From the NCBI RefSeq assembly GCF_006345805.1, contig NC_043001.1:48794001-48858000 (forward strand): a stretch of DNA of 64,000 bases, read 5' to 3'. The DNA comes from Octopus sinensis. Lineage: Eukaryota. A program made the position numbers and the translations under genes. Every line of letters begins with the position of its first letter. Position 1 is the first letter of the stretch. Of the stretch, positions 12,500 to 25,171 are shown piece by piece. The notes below the pieces were generated by a model that saw nothing but the letters and a program-made list of their open reading frames with translations, was not told the origin of the DNA and searched no databases.

Positions 12500-12900
12500 C
12501 AGATAGCTAATGTAGAACCTGGAGAAATGGAGATGAACGTATCAATCATTTCTTGAGTAAGTGCTGTAAACTAGCACAAAAAGAGTATAAGCATTGTTAT
12601 GTCTCTATAGGTAAAAGAGTATATTGGGATGTTAGCTGAGTATTTGGCTTTGAAATAACAAGGATGTGGTATGAATATGAACCAGAGGCTCTGATAGAGA
12701 ATAAGAATTACAGGATCTTATAGGACCCATAAAGACTGACCATACTATTGAAGTAGGAAGACTAGATATGATCATAGAATTTTGCAATTCTATATCATTA
12801 GAGTTGACACTAAAGATATGGAAAAAAAACTGGGAAATATCAAAACCTAGCTAGAAAGATGAAGTGACTGTGGAAAACTAAGACAACAATTATTCGATTG
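12500..12900 (+). mobile_element. Second R4/Dong 3' fragment (CCHC + RLE)
   Basis: INHFLSKCCKLAQKEYK..VYWDV..WYEYEPE..RIL*D..TDHTIEVGRLDMII. Confidence 0.8.
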
Positions 12901-13111
12901 GTGCACATTAGCATGCCGAGCAAAATGTTTAGTGGCATTTAGTCCAGCTTTGCATCCTGAGTTCAAATTCTGCTGAGGTCAACTTTGCCATTCATTCTTT
13001 GGGGGGTCAATAAAATAAGTATCAGTTAAGAACTGAAGTTGATGTTATAGCCTTAGTCATTCCCTTAAAATTTTAGGCTTTGTGCCTTTTATTATTATTA
13101 TTATTATTATT

Positions 13112-13651
13112 GAGTGAGTGAGCAGAGCATGCCATCAAAGTGACACTGGGGTAAAATATATGAAGCCCAGTATACCCATCATGACTACCCGTCCGATAAG
13201 GGCACACCAGGCACATGCATCACAACCATATGTGCGCGACATGGTGATCTCATATCAAGATAAACAGCACATGACCTTGCAGGTGGGGCCCAGTTAGAAT
13301 TTTCTTCAGATCGAGTAACCCATCCCGCTCAAAAGGTCCCTGAATAAGGGCTGTCCAAGGACGTTGAACAAAACACCCATGTTTCCAGAGGTGAATTATT
13401 CAAACCCCAAAGAATCCCTCTCAACACATGGCTATGATGCTCCCTACTACTTCTGCTCGTGATCAGAGATGCACATATCATCAGCCACTAAGGGACATGC
13501 TCAACTGGTTAAGGTCAAACAACTGACAAGCAAATCTGTAGTATTGAGCAGAATATTTGCTGTAGCCCATCTTTTATACCAAGACAAAACAATGTACATG
13601 ATAACTCTTCCAATCAGTTAAGATCAGAAGCCATGAGAGCCACTGCCTGGT
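13112..13651 (-). mobile_element. Family M repeat, slightly 5'-truncated
   Basis: Reverse complement of family M, flanked by (TTA)n on both sides. Confidence 0.9.
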
Positions 13652-13689
13652 TATTATTATTATTATTATTATTGTTATTGTTATTGTTA

Positions 13690-13782
<93 letters not shown>

Positions 13783-13784
13783 TT

Positions 13785-14272
13785 GTTAGCATCCATTTCC
13801 ATGCTAGCATGGGTAAGACGGTTTGACTGAGGCTGGTAAGCCATAGAGCTGCACCAGGCTCCAGTCTGTTTTGGCTTGGTTTCTATGACTGGATACTCTT
13901 CCTAATGCCAACCACTCCACAAATTATAATGGGTGCCTTTTGTGTGTCACCAGTACAGGTGCCTTTTATGTATAACCAGCATAGGTGCATTTTATGTATC
14001 ACTCGTACAGGTGTCTTTTATGAGTCACTGGCACTGGTCATGACCATGATTTCCCTTAGCTTGAAGTGTCTTCTCAAGTACAGCAAATCTCCAAAGATCT
14101 CGATCACTTGTTGTCACATCCCTGAAATTCATCATCCAAAGATCATATTTTACCACCTCATCCCGTGTCTTCCTAGGTCTACCTCTTCCATAGGTTCCCT
14201 CCATGGTTAGAGATTGGTACTTCTTTATGCAGCTGCCCTCATCCCTATGTATTACATAACAATACTATGATC
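13785..14272 (-). mobile_element. RTE LINE 3' end (RT C-terminus plus 3' UTR)
   Basis: Minus strand EGTYGRGRPRKTRDEVVKYDL..DRDLWRFAVLEKT followed by the GGCATTAGGAAGAGTATCCAG 3' UTR. Confidence 0.85.
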
Positions 14273-14313
14273 CAAATGAATGAGTATGCGCTTGTAGTAT
14301 ACTCTGAGTAACC

Positions 14314-14640
14314 ACCCCCTTCGATCATGAATGACCATGGAATTGCACCTAGAAAGTTACCCTCCAAAGCACAAGTCCAGGCAAGGTTGTTTATGGAAGA
14401 CCAGCAGTCACCCATGCATACCAGTCTCCCCTCTCTCTACATCACCGATGTTATCCAAGGGAAAGACAAATGTTGATACAGCTAGGCACCAGTGACATTG
14501 CAACTCATTTCTACAAATGAGTGAACTGGAGCAACATGAAATAAAGTATGTTGCTCAAGAACACAACACACAGCCTGGTCTGGGAATCGAACTCACTGCC
14601 TCATGATTGTGAGCCTGATGCTCTAACTACAGAACCATAC
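14314..14640 (-). mobile_element. tRNA-derived SINE family C
   Basis: Minus strand head with GTAGTTAGAGC (A-box-like) and GAGTTCGATTCCC (B box), then GTGTTCTTGAGCAA..TTTATTTCA. Confidence 0.75.
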
Positions 14641-15688
14641 ACTGAAGCTGTAAATTGGACGATGTTAGAGTGCGGGCATTTACCGTAATGGTCAGAGCAC
14701 CCTTGGTTTTGTGGAGTTTCTACGTGCAACTTCCTAAGGTCCTCACACCTACCACCTTCGACACTTTTTTCTTGGTAGTGGTGGTGGTGGTGGGGTGGAA
14801 TTATTTCTTGTTTTAATTTTGTGGTTTCTTTGTTTTTGTTGTTTCATTGTTTTCATGCATATAAGTACACCCAACACTGTGTTGTATCGTCCTCCATCTT
14901 TTTGTGATCTCTTAGTGGTTAATAAAGTAAACATTATTATTATTACTATCATCATCATCATCTTCATAATCATCATCATCATTATCACTACAACATTTCC
15001 TTCCATGAATTGTTTTTTTTCCTTTCTGCTTTGTCTTGCTCTTATCATCGGTTAATATCATTAGTCAATTCTGCACCCAGTAATATTATCTGATGTTTTG
15101 TATATCATTATTGTTGTTATTGTTGTTATTGTAGCCAAAAAGAGACATACAACAATTTCAGCACACCAGTAGTCAATCATAAGATAACAATTTAGACAAT
15201 CAATAGAAGGATAATCTCTCCTCTATGGCATTCGAAGAAATGACTAGAAATAATATATATATATATATAATCATTATCATTGCTTTTTACGTTCATGTTT
15301 TTATGCTGGCATGGATCAGGGGAATCTATTGAGGTAGTATTCTACAGCTGGTTGCCTTTCCTGTCTACAACACTAATTTTTTTTTTTTCAGATACGATAT
15401 TTTTTAATGTATTTCATTGGTCATCACATGATGAAAATCGTTGAATCTGCCAAGCCATGGGACACGCTGTTTGCAGATGATGCAAACAAATATCACTGTT
15501 ATTCAAATGTGGTCAATGTGAAGGCAAATAGAAACAAATAAACATAGAATGGACACACACACACATACACACACACATACACACACACATACCACACACA
15601 CACACACACACCTTCCTCTGCATATATATGTACTATACAGTTGTGCAAATGAAGAATGATTTTCTAAAAGGGTTGCAAGAACTATTGG

Positions 15689-15736
<48 letters not shown>

Positions 15737-15761
15737 CACACATATATATGTAGATATATAC

Positions 15762-16980
15762 AGGGTGCAGAGTGTATTTGAGGACATCTAATTATGAGTA
15801 TATTACTCTCTTCAAATCAAAAGGCTTTTATTTCTTTCAGATCTGCCATGGCAGATAAAATGTTTACAAAAGAAATGAAAAGACATGCATTCATTGTTCC
15901 TATATGTACAGTACACAGCGATTTAGAAATTGCTAACTTTCTAAATGTTTCAAGACCTTTTGTACATGAAGTTCAAATAGAGTTGGAAGCCTCTGGCACC
16001 AGTGTTTCAACTGTATCAAAGAGAACAAAGAAATTCTAAACTTTCTGACCATATAAGAACACTCGCAATTCATTCAAAGGTTTCAAGATATTATTGATCT
16101 TGATGATGGAAAATCAATGGTCATTGCCAAGGAACTTCAGGTGTCGTGGTGTACTGTCAGCATTGTGGTGCATGAGGACATTTGATGTAAGTTGTATGCA
16201 CCGAGGAGAGGCCAATTCGTGTCAGCAAAGAGAGGAAATCTGTTTGATTCATGCCAAGTGGCTTCTTAACAAGGTTAAAAGCCTTCACGAATATAGCATA
16301 CATCTGTTCTTCTCTGATGAGAAAAACTTCGGCCAAGACTAATAATCCAACAGAAGAAATGACAGATGGCTATGTGCAAATCTTTCTGATGCCCCAAGGT
16401 GATGTATGCTAAATTTCCATGAATTGTGATAGTTTTAAAAGTGGTGAATAATGAAGGACTTGCATGGCATCCCATATGGTCTTAGAATTAGTGTTGCTAG
16501 ATTCATCAAGATGTTAGAGACAGATGTTAAGCCTAGGGTGCATGAAGTACACAGTGGAAGGCCATATGTATTTCAACAATACTCACCACCTTCTCACAAA
16601 TTTCACGTAACCCAATAATGGGTATAAGACAATCTTTGCGATCAAATAACCCCAAATGTATGGTCTTCAAACTCGCCAGACTTAAACCTCATAGACTACA
16701 ATGTTTGGAGCATTGTTAAAATAGAGACTAATCAGCATTTTCACAATACCATAACTTCACTGAAGGCCACCATTGTTTGGATGATGTCTAAAGAGAAAAA
16801 CGGTCTGTTAGTGCAGGCCTGACAACGATTCTGGTCCTGCATTGAAGTAGTCACTGAAGATGAAGGCAGATTCATAGAATAATTTCATTAAAATTTTTAT
16901 TAAAATACATTTAGTTTTTTTCTAGATTAGAGATATTTTATTAAATTACCAAATATGTCTTCACTCCCTCTTGAAGCCTT
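15762..16980 (+). mobile_element. Degenerate Tc1/mariner-superfamily transposon, DD37D (maT/Bmmar1)-like
   Basis: MKRHAFIV..HSDLEIANFLNVSR, FFSDEKNF, NRRNDRWLC, YVFQQYSPPSH, WSSNSPDLNLIDYNVW; multiple stops; TIRs only weakly recognisable. Confidence 0.85.
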
Positions 16981-17182
16981 TGCATGTGCATCTATATATA
17001 TATATATATATATATATATGAAGAAAATCATATCTTTAATTTAGATCACACCTTAAAAATCCAATAATTGTTTCAATTGCATTAATATATACATATATAC
17101 ATGTTCTTACATACACACACAAACACACAGTATTATTAAAATTAATAATATATATATATGTACATATGTATGCATGTGTATA

Positions 17183-17244
<62 letters not shown>

Positions 17245-17452
17245 CATACATATGTGTATGTACATGTGTGTGCATGCACAATTTTTACATGTAATGGCTT
17301 ATTCAAGCTGTAAAAAACTAAATTTGGGACTCTCAATCAAATCAATATTATCAATAACATTTACTCTATGAAATGTATAGAATCTTACCACCAGTAAATG
17401 TTGTATTCTTTTCTACTGGTTTATCAAGAATACCAAATAATACATTTATATG

Positions 17453-17505
<53 letters not shown>

Positions 17506-17686
17506 AGTAGAACAAAAAAGAGAGAGAAGGGGAGAGTGATATTACCTAAAAATATTTAGGTGCTGCTGAAAAGATATGTCTCTGTAAACTTTCTGTTGTG
17601 AATTTTCTAGAACCCTCACTGTGCTGAGACAACTAACACATGTACACACACACACACACACATATATACATACATATATATATATA

Positions 17687-17725
<39 letters not shown>

Positions 17726-17789
17726 CATACACACACACACACACACATATATATATAATATATAAATATAAAGAATATACTAGCTTTAA

Positions 17790-18790
17790 AAATGAAATCA
17801 TTGATATTCTTGTATAGAATCTATAGTAAAAAAATCAATTCATTTTACTCTGCTATGACATCTACCACCTTAAATTTGCTTTCAGTTGAATGTAACTCTT
17901 TATGATTTGAAGAAAACCACAACTTTGAATCTTATGTTTATTCATACATAACACCTAATAAAAACAATCTTGCGATTAGATACATATACGGTACCATCAA
18001 ATGACTGCAGAATAGATTAGTTGACATGTGGCTACATAGTATTAGATATCATGAAGGTAGTAAAATAGACAGTATGAAGGTGTTAACAAATGGAATTATC
18101 TCATGGCAGTGTAGTCTAGCAAAAGAGAACATACTTCCTCTCCTGCATACAAGAAGATGTAGGCTCAGATTTTGCATTCAAGTATAACCGATGTTTCATC
18201 AAGTTCTATTGTTTCAGTCACTTTCCTATTATACATTGTTCGCATCTACTGTATATCTGGAAGAACCTCTTTAATAAAAGCTCAAGCTGGTTGAAGCAAT
18301 GTGACCCAACCAGTTTTTTAGACACGGGAATGAGTCATTTGATAGTGTTAATATTTGCACATTCCAAATAAGTAGTTTGAATCTGCCGCCTTTGGATTAT
18401 ACAGAATAAGCTAAAGAAGGACATTCTTCAAGGTTTCAGGCTTTTTGGACTTAGAATCACCATTAAAATTAACCTCTTCTGTTTAGACAAGCCTTTCAGT
18501 AAATTCACCTGTGTTTTACCAGCATACTGGTGCTCAAGAACCAAGTTAAAAGCATAAGAAAAATTTGGGATCTGTCTTGTAGTACAGAGATACTTGATAG
18601 AATTGCACCATAATCCAATAACGCCCTAGTAGCAAGAGGGTTCAAAAAGAAGAATGCCTGTATACTCCATTTGGATCTTCCAAAGAGAAATGACGTAACA
18701 AAGTTGTTTAGTTCACACTCACTTTCTCTTTAAAAATTAAGCCCAACATAGGTAGCACTTTCCTTAGATTACTTAACAGGCATTTTCTCA
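17790..18790 (-). pseudogene. Decayed protein-like reading frame of unassigned family
   Basis: With ~3 frameshifts reads ..ESATYVGLNF*RESECELNNFVTSFLFGRSKWSIQAFFFLNPLATRALLDYG..YAFNLVLEHQYAG..GWVTLLQPA*AFIKEVLPDIQ*MRTMY..VCSLLLDYTAM..FDGTVYVSNRKIVF. Judged by protein-like composition only. Confidence 0.4.
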
Positions 18791-18929
18791 CCTACTCATA
18801 AAAATTAAACATTACTTAATAGATACATGTTTATATTCTTTCAGTTGTACAGCTAACATGAAACAGTAGTTTCGCTCAAATCCTCCTCCAGTACTGAGGC
18901 TGGTTGCTCATGGATAGGTAATTTTGCAT

Positions 18930-19250
18930 GCTCACTGCAACACAGTGGGCGTTTTATATGAGTGAGAAATCAAATCTAGGGAACCAAATAATAATGCATT
19001 CTGTCTGAAACCCTACACTGGAATGACGGAAGCTCTATAACCACATTTCATTCAGAGAGTATAAGAAGTGGAAAGATCACGAGAGTAACCAAATATAAAT
19101 TGTTTTCGAAAGAGAAAGCCGCAAAATTCATAGGATGGAGAATAACTGAAAAGTACAAGCTTTACTCAAATAGCAGCAGAAGATATAGACTATGTATTGT
19201 GGCAAAGAGAGTTACACAAAAGAACTCACTCATATCTGGGTTATATTTGA
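18930..19250 (+). mobile_element. Penelope-like element GIY-YIG endonuclease remnant
   Basis: GVLYE*EIK..YTGMTE, then GWRITEKYKLYSNSSRRYRLCIVAK resembling the PLE W-I---A-PY-----RC-LC--EK motif. Confidence 0.6.
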
Positions 19251-19439
19251 ATGGAAAATCTGAGCCATTCACTCATTACTTACATGAGAAGAAATATCCA
19301 GATGACACTTATATAATCAGTTCTAGAAAATTGAAAGACAAATTTAACAGTGGTAGGGATTTGAACACATAAAGTAAAGGGACATAATTTGCTGTCAAAA
19401 ATGACGGAATATAGAATTGATTATTAATATTATTACAAG

Positions 19440-20225
19440 AGAGAGCAGCGCATGCCATCAAAGTGACACTGAAGTACAAATATATGAAGCCTAATATACC
19501 TATTTCTTTATTACCCACAAGGGGCTAAACACAGAGGGGACAAATAAGGACAGACATAGGTATTAAGTCGATTACATCGACCCCCAGTGCGTAACTGGTA
19601 CTTATTTAATCGACCCCGAAAGGATGAAAGGCAAAGTCGACCTCGGCGGAATTTGAACTCACAACGTAACGGCAGACGAAATACTGCTAAGCATTTCGCC
19701 CGGCGTGCTAACGCTTCAGCCAGCTCACCGCCTAATTTACCATCACGACTACTCATCTGATAAGGATACATCAGGCACATGCATCACAACCATATGTGCA
19801 TGACATGGTAATATATCAAAATAAACAGCATATGACCTTGCAGGTGGAGTCTTGCTGGAATTTTCTTCCGATCAAATAGCCCATCCCACTCAAAAGGTCC
19901 CTGAATAAGAGTTGTTTAAGGATGTTGAATGGAACACCCATGTTTCCAGAGGTGAATTATTCAAATCCTAAAGAATTCCACTCAGCATATGGCTATGATG
20001 CTCCCCAACTACTTCTGCTTCTTTTTAGAGATGCACATATCGTCAGCCACCAAGGGACATGCTCAACTGGTTAAAGTCAAGCAACTGACAAGCAAATCTG
20101 TAGTATTGAGCAGAATATTTGCTGTAGCCCATCTTTTACACCAAGACAAAACATGTGCATGATAACACTTCCAATCACTTAAGATCAGAAGCCATGAAAG
20201 CCAGTGCCTGGCGCAGTATCACTGT
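19440..20225 (-). mobile_element. Family M repeat interrupted by a SINE-A insertion
   Basis: Family M 3' end at 19440-19500 resumes at 19734 after the SINE. Confidence 0.9.
19501..19733 (-). mobile_element. SINE family A (tail-1 variant), young, CpGs retained
   Basis: Full head-to-tail copy; TSD-like GCCTAATATACC (19489-19500) / GCCTAATTTACC (19730-19741, overlapping the head). Confidence 0.9.
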
Positions 20226-20251
20226 ATTTATTATCATCATCGTCGTCATCG

Positions 20252-20286
<35 letters not shown>

Positions 20287-21383
20287 TCCATCATCATCAT
20301 CATTAGTCAATTTTTAAAAATATACACATAAATGAAAAACAGATGTTTTTTTTCTTTTGTTTATTTACATCTAAGATCCCAATAAATAATTATTATGAAA
20401 ATTCTTGTGGCGTTATGATGTAATGAATGACATTTTCAATCCTTCACTGATAATCACTAATTTATTTGCAAATCTCTGAAATAATGTACAAGTAATTAAT
20501 ACTTGCTATATTAACAATATGGTTTGATAAATTGCTGTTCACAATAATATTTGTCATAAGCTATACGTTACAATTTACAACAACTTTTACAAAATTATAC
20601 AATATGATACAGATTTCATTTTGCAATAGCATTTATTTTATAATGGATAATATAGCACAAATTGCAATTAAATATCATATTTACATTTTGTGGTATTATA
20701 CTAGTTGTTTTATTCTGACATATTTATATTTTACATTGTAATACAGGCTGTAGTATGCAATTTTGTATTTCATAATCTAGCATTTTAAAGTGTTATTAAC
20801 AACATTTAATTATTTCAGAGAGATTTTACTTTACTACAATATCTACATTTTACACTAGTTTGCAGAATGCTGTTTACAACAGTATTTACATTATTTTCAT
20901 GTTAGTGATTGCAGTTTTCAGTAATATTTGCAGCATGTATTATACAGATAGAAGCCAGTGAGCTGGCAGAATCATTAGCATGTCAGATAAATTGCCCAGC
21001 AGCATTTCTTCTAACTCTTTAATTCTGAGTTTAAGTACCATTTGAGCACGGATGGCAATGTAATTGACTAACACCTCCTCCTAAAAATTGCTGGCCTTGT
21101 GCCAAAATTTGAAACCTAAGGCATCAAGCTAGCAGAATGGCAATCATGTAGGATAAAATACTGAGTGGCTGTTCTTCTGGCTTCTTATATTGATTTCTAA
21201 TGCTGCCGAGGGTAACTTTGCTTTTTATCCTTTTGGGATCGATAAAATAAGTGCATGTTGAGCACTGGGGTCGCTACCAGCCTTGTGTCAAAATTAGAAA
21301 GAATATTGTATGGCTTGAAATTTACGTTACGATATTTATACCATTGTCCTAATATAATATAAAATATGTAATATATGCAATGT

Positions 21384-21681
21384 GGAGGCACAATGGCTCA
21401 GTGGTTAGGGCAGCAGACTCGCGGTCGGAGGATTGCGGTTTTGATTCCTAGACCAGGCATTGTGTGTGTTTATTGAGCAAAAACACCTAAAGCTCCACAA
21501 GGCTCTGGCAGGAGGGGGACCCCTGTTGTACTCTTTCACTCGAACTTTCTCCCACTCTTTCTTCCTGTTTCTTGAGTAACACTGTGATGGACTGGTGTCC
21601 CGTCCAGCTGGGGGGAACACATACGCCATAAAAACCAGGAAACCGGGCCCATGAGCCTGGCTAGGCTTGAAAAGTGCTCAT
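21384..21681 (+). mobile_element. tRNA-derived SINE family D
   Basis: GGAGGCACAATGGCTCAGTGGTTAGGGCAGCAGACTCGCGGTCGGAGGATTGCGGTTTTGATTCC head; body contains GATGGACTGGTGTCCCGTCCAG. Confidence 0.8.
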
Positions 21682-21764
21682 AAAAATAATAATAAATATA
21701 TGCAATGCAGCTTGTAAACATCATATATTTTGAGAAATATACTAAATGCACATTTAGACTATAA

Positions 21765-22190
21765 GTTCTCTAAGAACAATTTACTTTGTATATACTTTAG
21801 TGTATAATATAACACGTCCTGACATTTTGACAAAATAATTAGTAACTTGAAATTTCTACTATTTTTAGTTTTTTCCTTAAACAACATGCAGCTGGCCATG
21901 ACTAAATGCAAACTTTGTTAACTAAACTCCAATTATATCAAATAACTGATCTTGAAGCTTGTCAAAAGTCATAGCAAATGAAGGGACAATGGAGGCCTGC
22001 TTTCTTTGAAAGTAAAGTGTAGTATTATATCACTTGGCACTAAATCCTCAGTTGGTGTTAATACATTGTCTCCTCTTTTTCAATCAGTAATAATTTCTGT
22101 AGTGATGCAGTGGACTGCTATAGTTCTGGCAATAAGTCTAGTGTCATTCAGTAGGTCTTGTCTGAAACTGAGGTTACCATACATGAATAA
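21765..22190 (-). mobile_element. Helitron PIF1 helicase C-terminal remnant
   Basis: LLNDTRLIART..VPSD..FTFKESRPPLS(L)FAMTFDKLQDQ..FSHGQLHV matches the GLCNGTRL..RRQFP..FAMTINKSQGQ..FSHGQLYVA motifs. Confidence 0.8.
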
Positions 22191-22309
22191 AACTTTAGCT
22201 AATGAGGAGGTTACATGAAAGAGTAAGTTGCTATCAAATCACATGTTGGTGGAGAGTCTGAACATTTTCACAGTATCTCTACAACGTTGATTGCTTGGTA
22301 CAACTCGCT

Positions 22310-22760
22310 GTTGTGTCTATGCTGACTGACAGGTGACGGTCATTTAGAAAAAGCGCGGGTTGAAACTACGTGCCTTCACTAGTCAGTTAAGGTGAGACAG
22401 TGTCACATGACAACTTGCTGGGGCTGCCTGCTGGAGCCTATGCGGCAGGTATTTAAAGGGAAAAATTTGACAAGACAGTCAGTCACCGGCTGACACTCGC
22501 TGACAATACATCGAAGAGGCCAGGGAACAGAAGAAAGAAGACACGCACCCAAAATGAGAAGCTGAAGACACCTCCGAAAGGGGGGGGCGCCACGTCAAAA
22601 CGGTAGAGGAGTAGGGGCCGAAACCGGACATGGTTCCTCCTGATGATGTCTTGAGCTAACTGGATCCTATAAAGGAGCTGTTGTGGTAGCAGACCACGAA
22701 ACACGGTTGAAATTCCTACTTGTCAAAATTTCCACTCAGGAGAAAAGCTTATCTTGGAAA
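22310..22760 (+). mobile_element. GC-richer segment resembling a Penelope-type terminal repeat
   Basis: TATA-like GTATTTAAA; two CTGANGA...GAAAC motif pairs (22562-22624, 22640-22702); short inverted repeat 22462-22474 / 22719-22731. Confidence 0.35.
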
Positions 22761-22984
22761 GGATCCCTGTTTCTAATCATTGTCATATTTTCAAATTGAT
22801 TTTCATGCCTGTCCTCACCTTTAGTCATGAATGCTGGGTAACGTATGATTGCGAATACAAGCCACCAAAGTGGGGTTCCTCTGAAGGGCCTCTGGAGTAA
22901 TGTTACTTGACAAGGTTCATAGTTTTGAGAACAGGGAATCTCTCTCTCTCTCTCTTTCTCTAGGTCGAGCCGCTACTTCTCCAT

Positions 22985-23410
22985 GTTTAGATGTCACAGC
23001 CCCGATTCCACAGACATGTGGTTAGAATGACTTAGAAAAGAACTGCAAAATGGATTCTTCAAGGTGAGACCACCGGCAGAAGACCTAGGAGTAAATGAAG
23101 GCGGCAAGCTGGCAGAAATGTTAGCATGCCAGGCGAAATGCTTAACGGTATTTTGTTTGCCGTTATGTTCTGAGTTCAAATTCTGCAGAGGTTGACTTTG
23201 CCTTTCATCCTTTCGGGGTCGATAAATTAAGTACCAGTTATGCACTGGGGTCGATGTAATCAACTTAACCTCTTTGTCTGTCCTTGTTTGTCCCCTCTGT
23301 GTGAACCCCCTTGTGGGCAGTAAAGAAATAAGAAGACCAAGGGGTAGATCAAGAACAATATGGCTGGATATCTATAATCTCAACTAATCACGCTTGGGTA
23401 GTCAGCAGGG
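22985..23410 (+). mobile_element. RTE-like RT C-terminal fragment interrupted by SINE A
   Basis: RRPRGRSRTIWLDI after the SINE; duplicated AGAAGACC(T/A)AGG(A/G)GTA at 23078-23093 and 23331-23346. Confidence 0.6.
23094..23330 (+). mobile_element. SINE family A (tail-1) with 16-bp TSD (2 mismatches)
   Basis: AAGGCGGCAAGCTGGCAGAA...CCCCTTGTGGGCAGTAAAGAAATA. Confidence 0.9.
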
Positions 23411-23489
23411 AAGTTTAATAAAAGTTACTTCTGATAGAATCCTAAGGAGGAGGTGCCTAAGGACTTCAATCCCCATGATTCTCTCAGGA

Positions 23490-23650
23490 ATAGTGGGCAG
23501 CGAAACTCGATGGATAGATAGGTTAAAATATCTATTAAACATAATATATTGACAGGAAGCATTGATGCTTCATTGGTTATAATGAGAGAAGCATTCTTTT
23601 TATTATAGAAGTTTGTATATCATACTCAAAGTAGATATTTGGTTGGAAGC
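23490..23650 (-). mobile_element. Helitron/PIF1 helicase Walker-B remnant
   Basis: ASLIITNEASMLPVNILCLIDIL resembles AKLIIWDEASM...ALEAVD. Confidence 0.55.
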
Positions 23651-23708
23651 CAGCTAATTTGCAGTATCGTTCCTAAAAAAGCATTTCTTCCAGACGTATC
23701 ACTATCAC

Positions 23709-23744
<36 letters not shown>

Positions 23745-23748
<4 letters not shown>

Positions 23749-23960
23749 GTTTAACGTCCGCTTTCCATGCTAGCATGGGTTGGACGATTTTGACTGAGGG
23801 CTGGCGAACCAGATAGCTGCACCAGGCTCCAATCTTGATCTGGCAGAGTTTCTACAGCTGGATGCCCTTCCTAATGCCAACCATTCCGAGAGTGTAGTGG
23901 GTGCTTTTTACATGCCACCGGCATGGGAGCCAGTCAGGCAGTACTGGCAATGACCTTGCT
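23745..23960 (-). mobile_element. RTE 3' UTR stub with (GAT)n tail
   Basis: Same sequence as 6140-6358. A decayed plus-strand copy lies at about 26130-26350, and a minus-strand RTE coding remnant (DGDEVLGRTLKI) at about 25880-26100. Confidence 0.8.
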
Positions 23961-24049
23961 CGAATAGTTTTAAAAAACACAGAAATATATTAGCAGCAAA
24001 CGAAAATCTCTGCTGGACGATTTTCTGTGCTTTTTAAACATTACACGTC

Positions 24050-24370
24050 TATAAGAGATGCTTTCCAGAGGAGAATACCACAGTTTAACAGGCTTTCAAT
24101 GATGTATCTACTTTAAGTATTGACTGCTATTTTGAACTAATGCTGCTTCTGTCGCTAATAAGGAATATTTTTTATTCTTTGATAATCTTCAGAAGATATT
24201 TCTTTAGATGATAATGAGGTTTCAAAGATGTGTACAAAGAGACACATCCCACTGTGAACTATCCTGCCATACCACAACAAATCAGTAGCAGTGCTAGCTG
24301 TTGCATAGAACAACTTATTCTTGCTACAAACAGGGTCCCACCGAAGTCAGCTTTATTCACAACACTGCTA
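24050..24370 (-). mobile_element. Helitron/PIF1 helicase remnant
   Basis: ATASTATDLLWYGRIVHS resembles the A.TGIAA.LL.GGRT.HS motif; KIFLISD and FSSGKHLL follow downstream. Confidence 0.55.
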
Positions 24371-24598
24371 TTGATAACAGGAAGGGTATATGGTTAGTTT
24401 AAAAATACAGCCTTTATAAGTCTTCCTTCTATTTATGCCTGCATGGAAAAGAAAACGTATGAATGAACGAATACATATGCTTTTCCCCATATTCATATTT
24501 CTAAAGACATCATATTATTTACTCTTCTTATACTATGCATGTATATATACTTATTTATATATATATATATATATATATTATATATTATATATATATAC

Positions 24599-24634
<36 letters not shown>

Positions 24635-24985
24635 GGTTAGCTTTTCAAAATACACAGCTATCATCATCATCATCATCACCAATATTCTGAACATCAACAA
24701 TCATTATTTTCATTGCTATTATCATTGCCATTTCCACCACCATAACGATCACAATCATCATCATCAACATCATTGTCATCATCATCGTTATTATCTTTTG
24801 TAATGTATTTCATCTCTTAAGTATAAGAAAAAGTTTCCAGCCAGACTGTCTTCGTGGTTTTCATTCTTTGAAATCTTAATTTCCTGAACTTCTTTGTATA
24901 AACCATGCAACAATTCTGTCTTTCTTTCTTTCCTTCTTTCATTCATTTTTCCTTTCTTCATTTCTATCCTTTTTCTTAATTTCTA

Positions 24986-25042
<57 letters not shown>

Positions 25043-25088
25043 TCATCATCTTCATCATCATCATCATCGTCGTTTAACGATGATGATG

Positions 25089-25135
<47 letters not shown>

Positions 25136-25136
25136 T

Positions 25137-25171
<35 letters not shown>

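Noticed and set aside
21384-21455. tRNA-like sequences (also 14570-14640, 35510-35586, 39140-39210, 39510-39579, 41401-41470)
   Set aside because: They are SINE heads continuing into SINE bodies, without complete acceptor-stem pairing; not tRNA genes.
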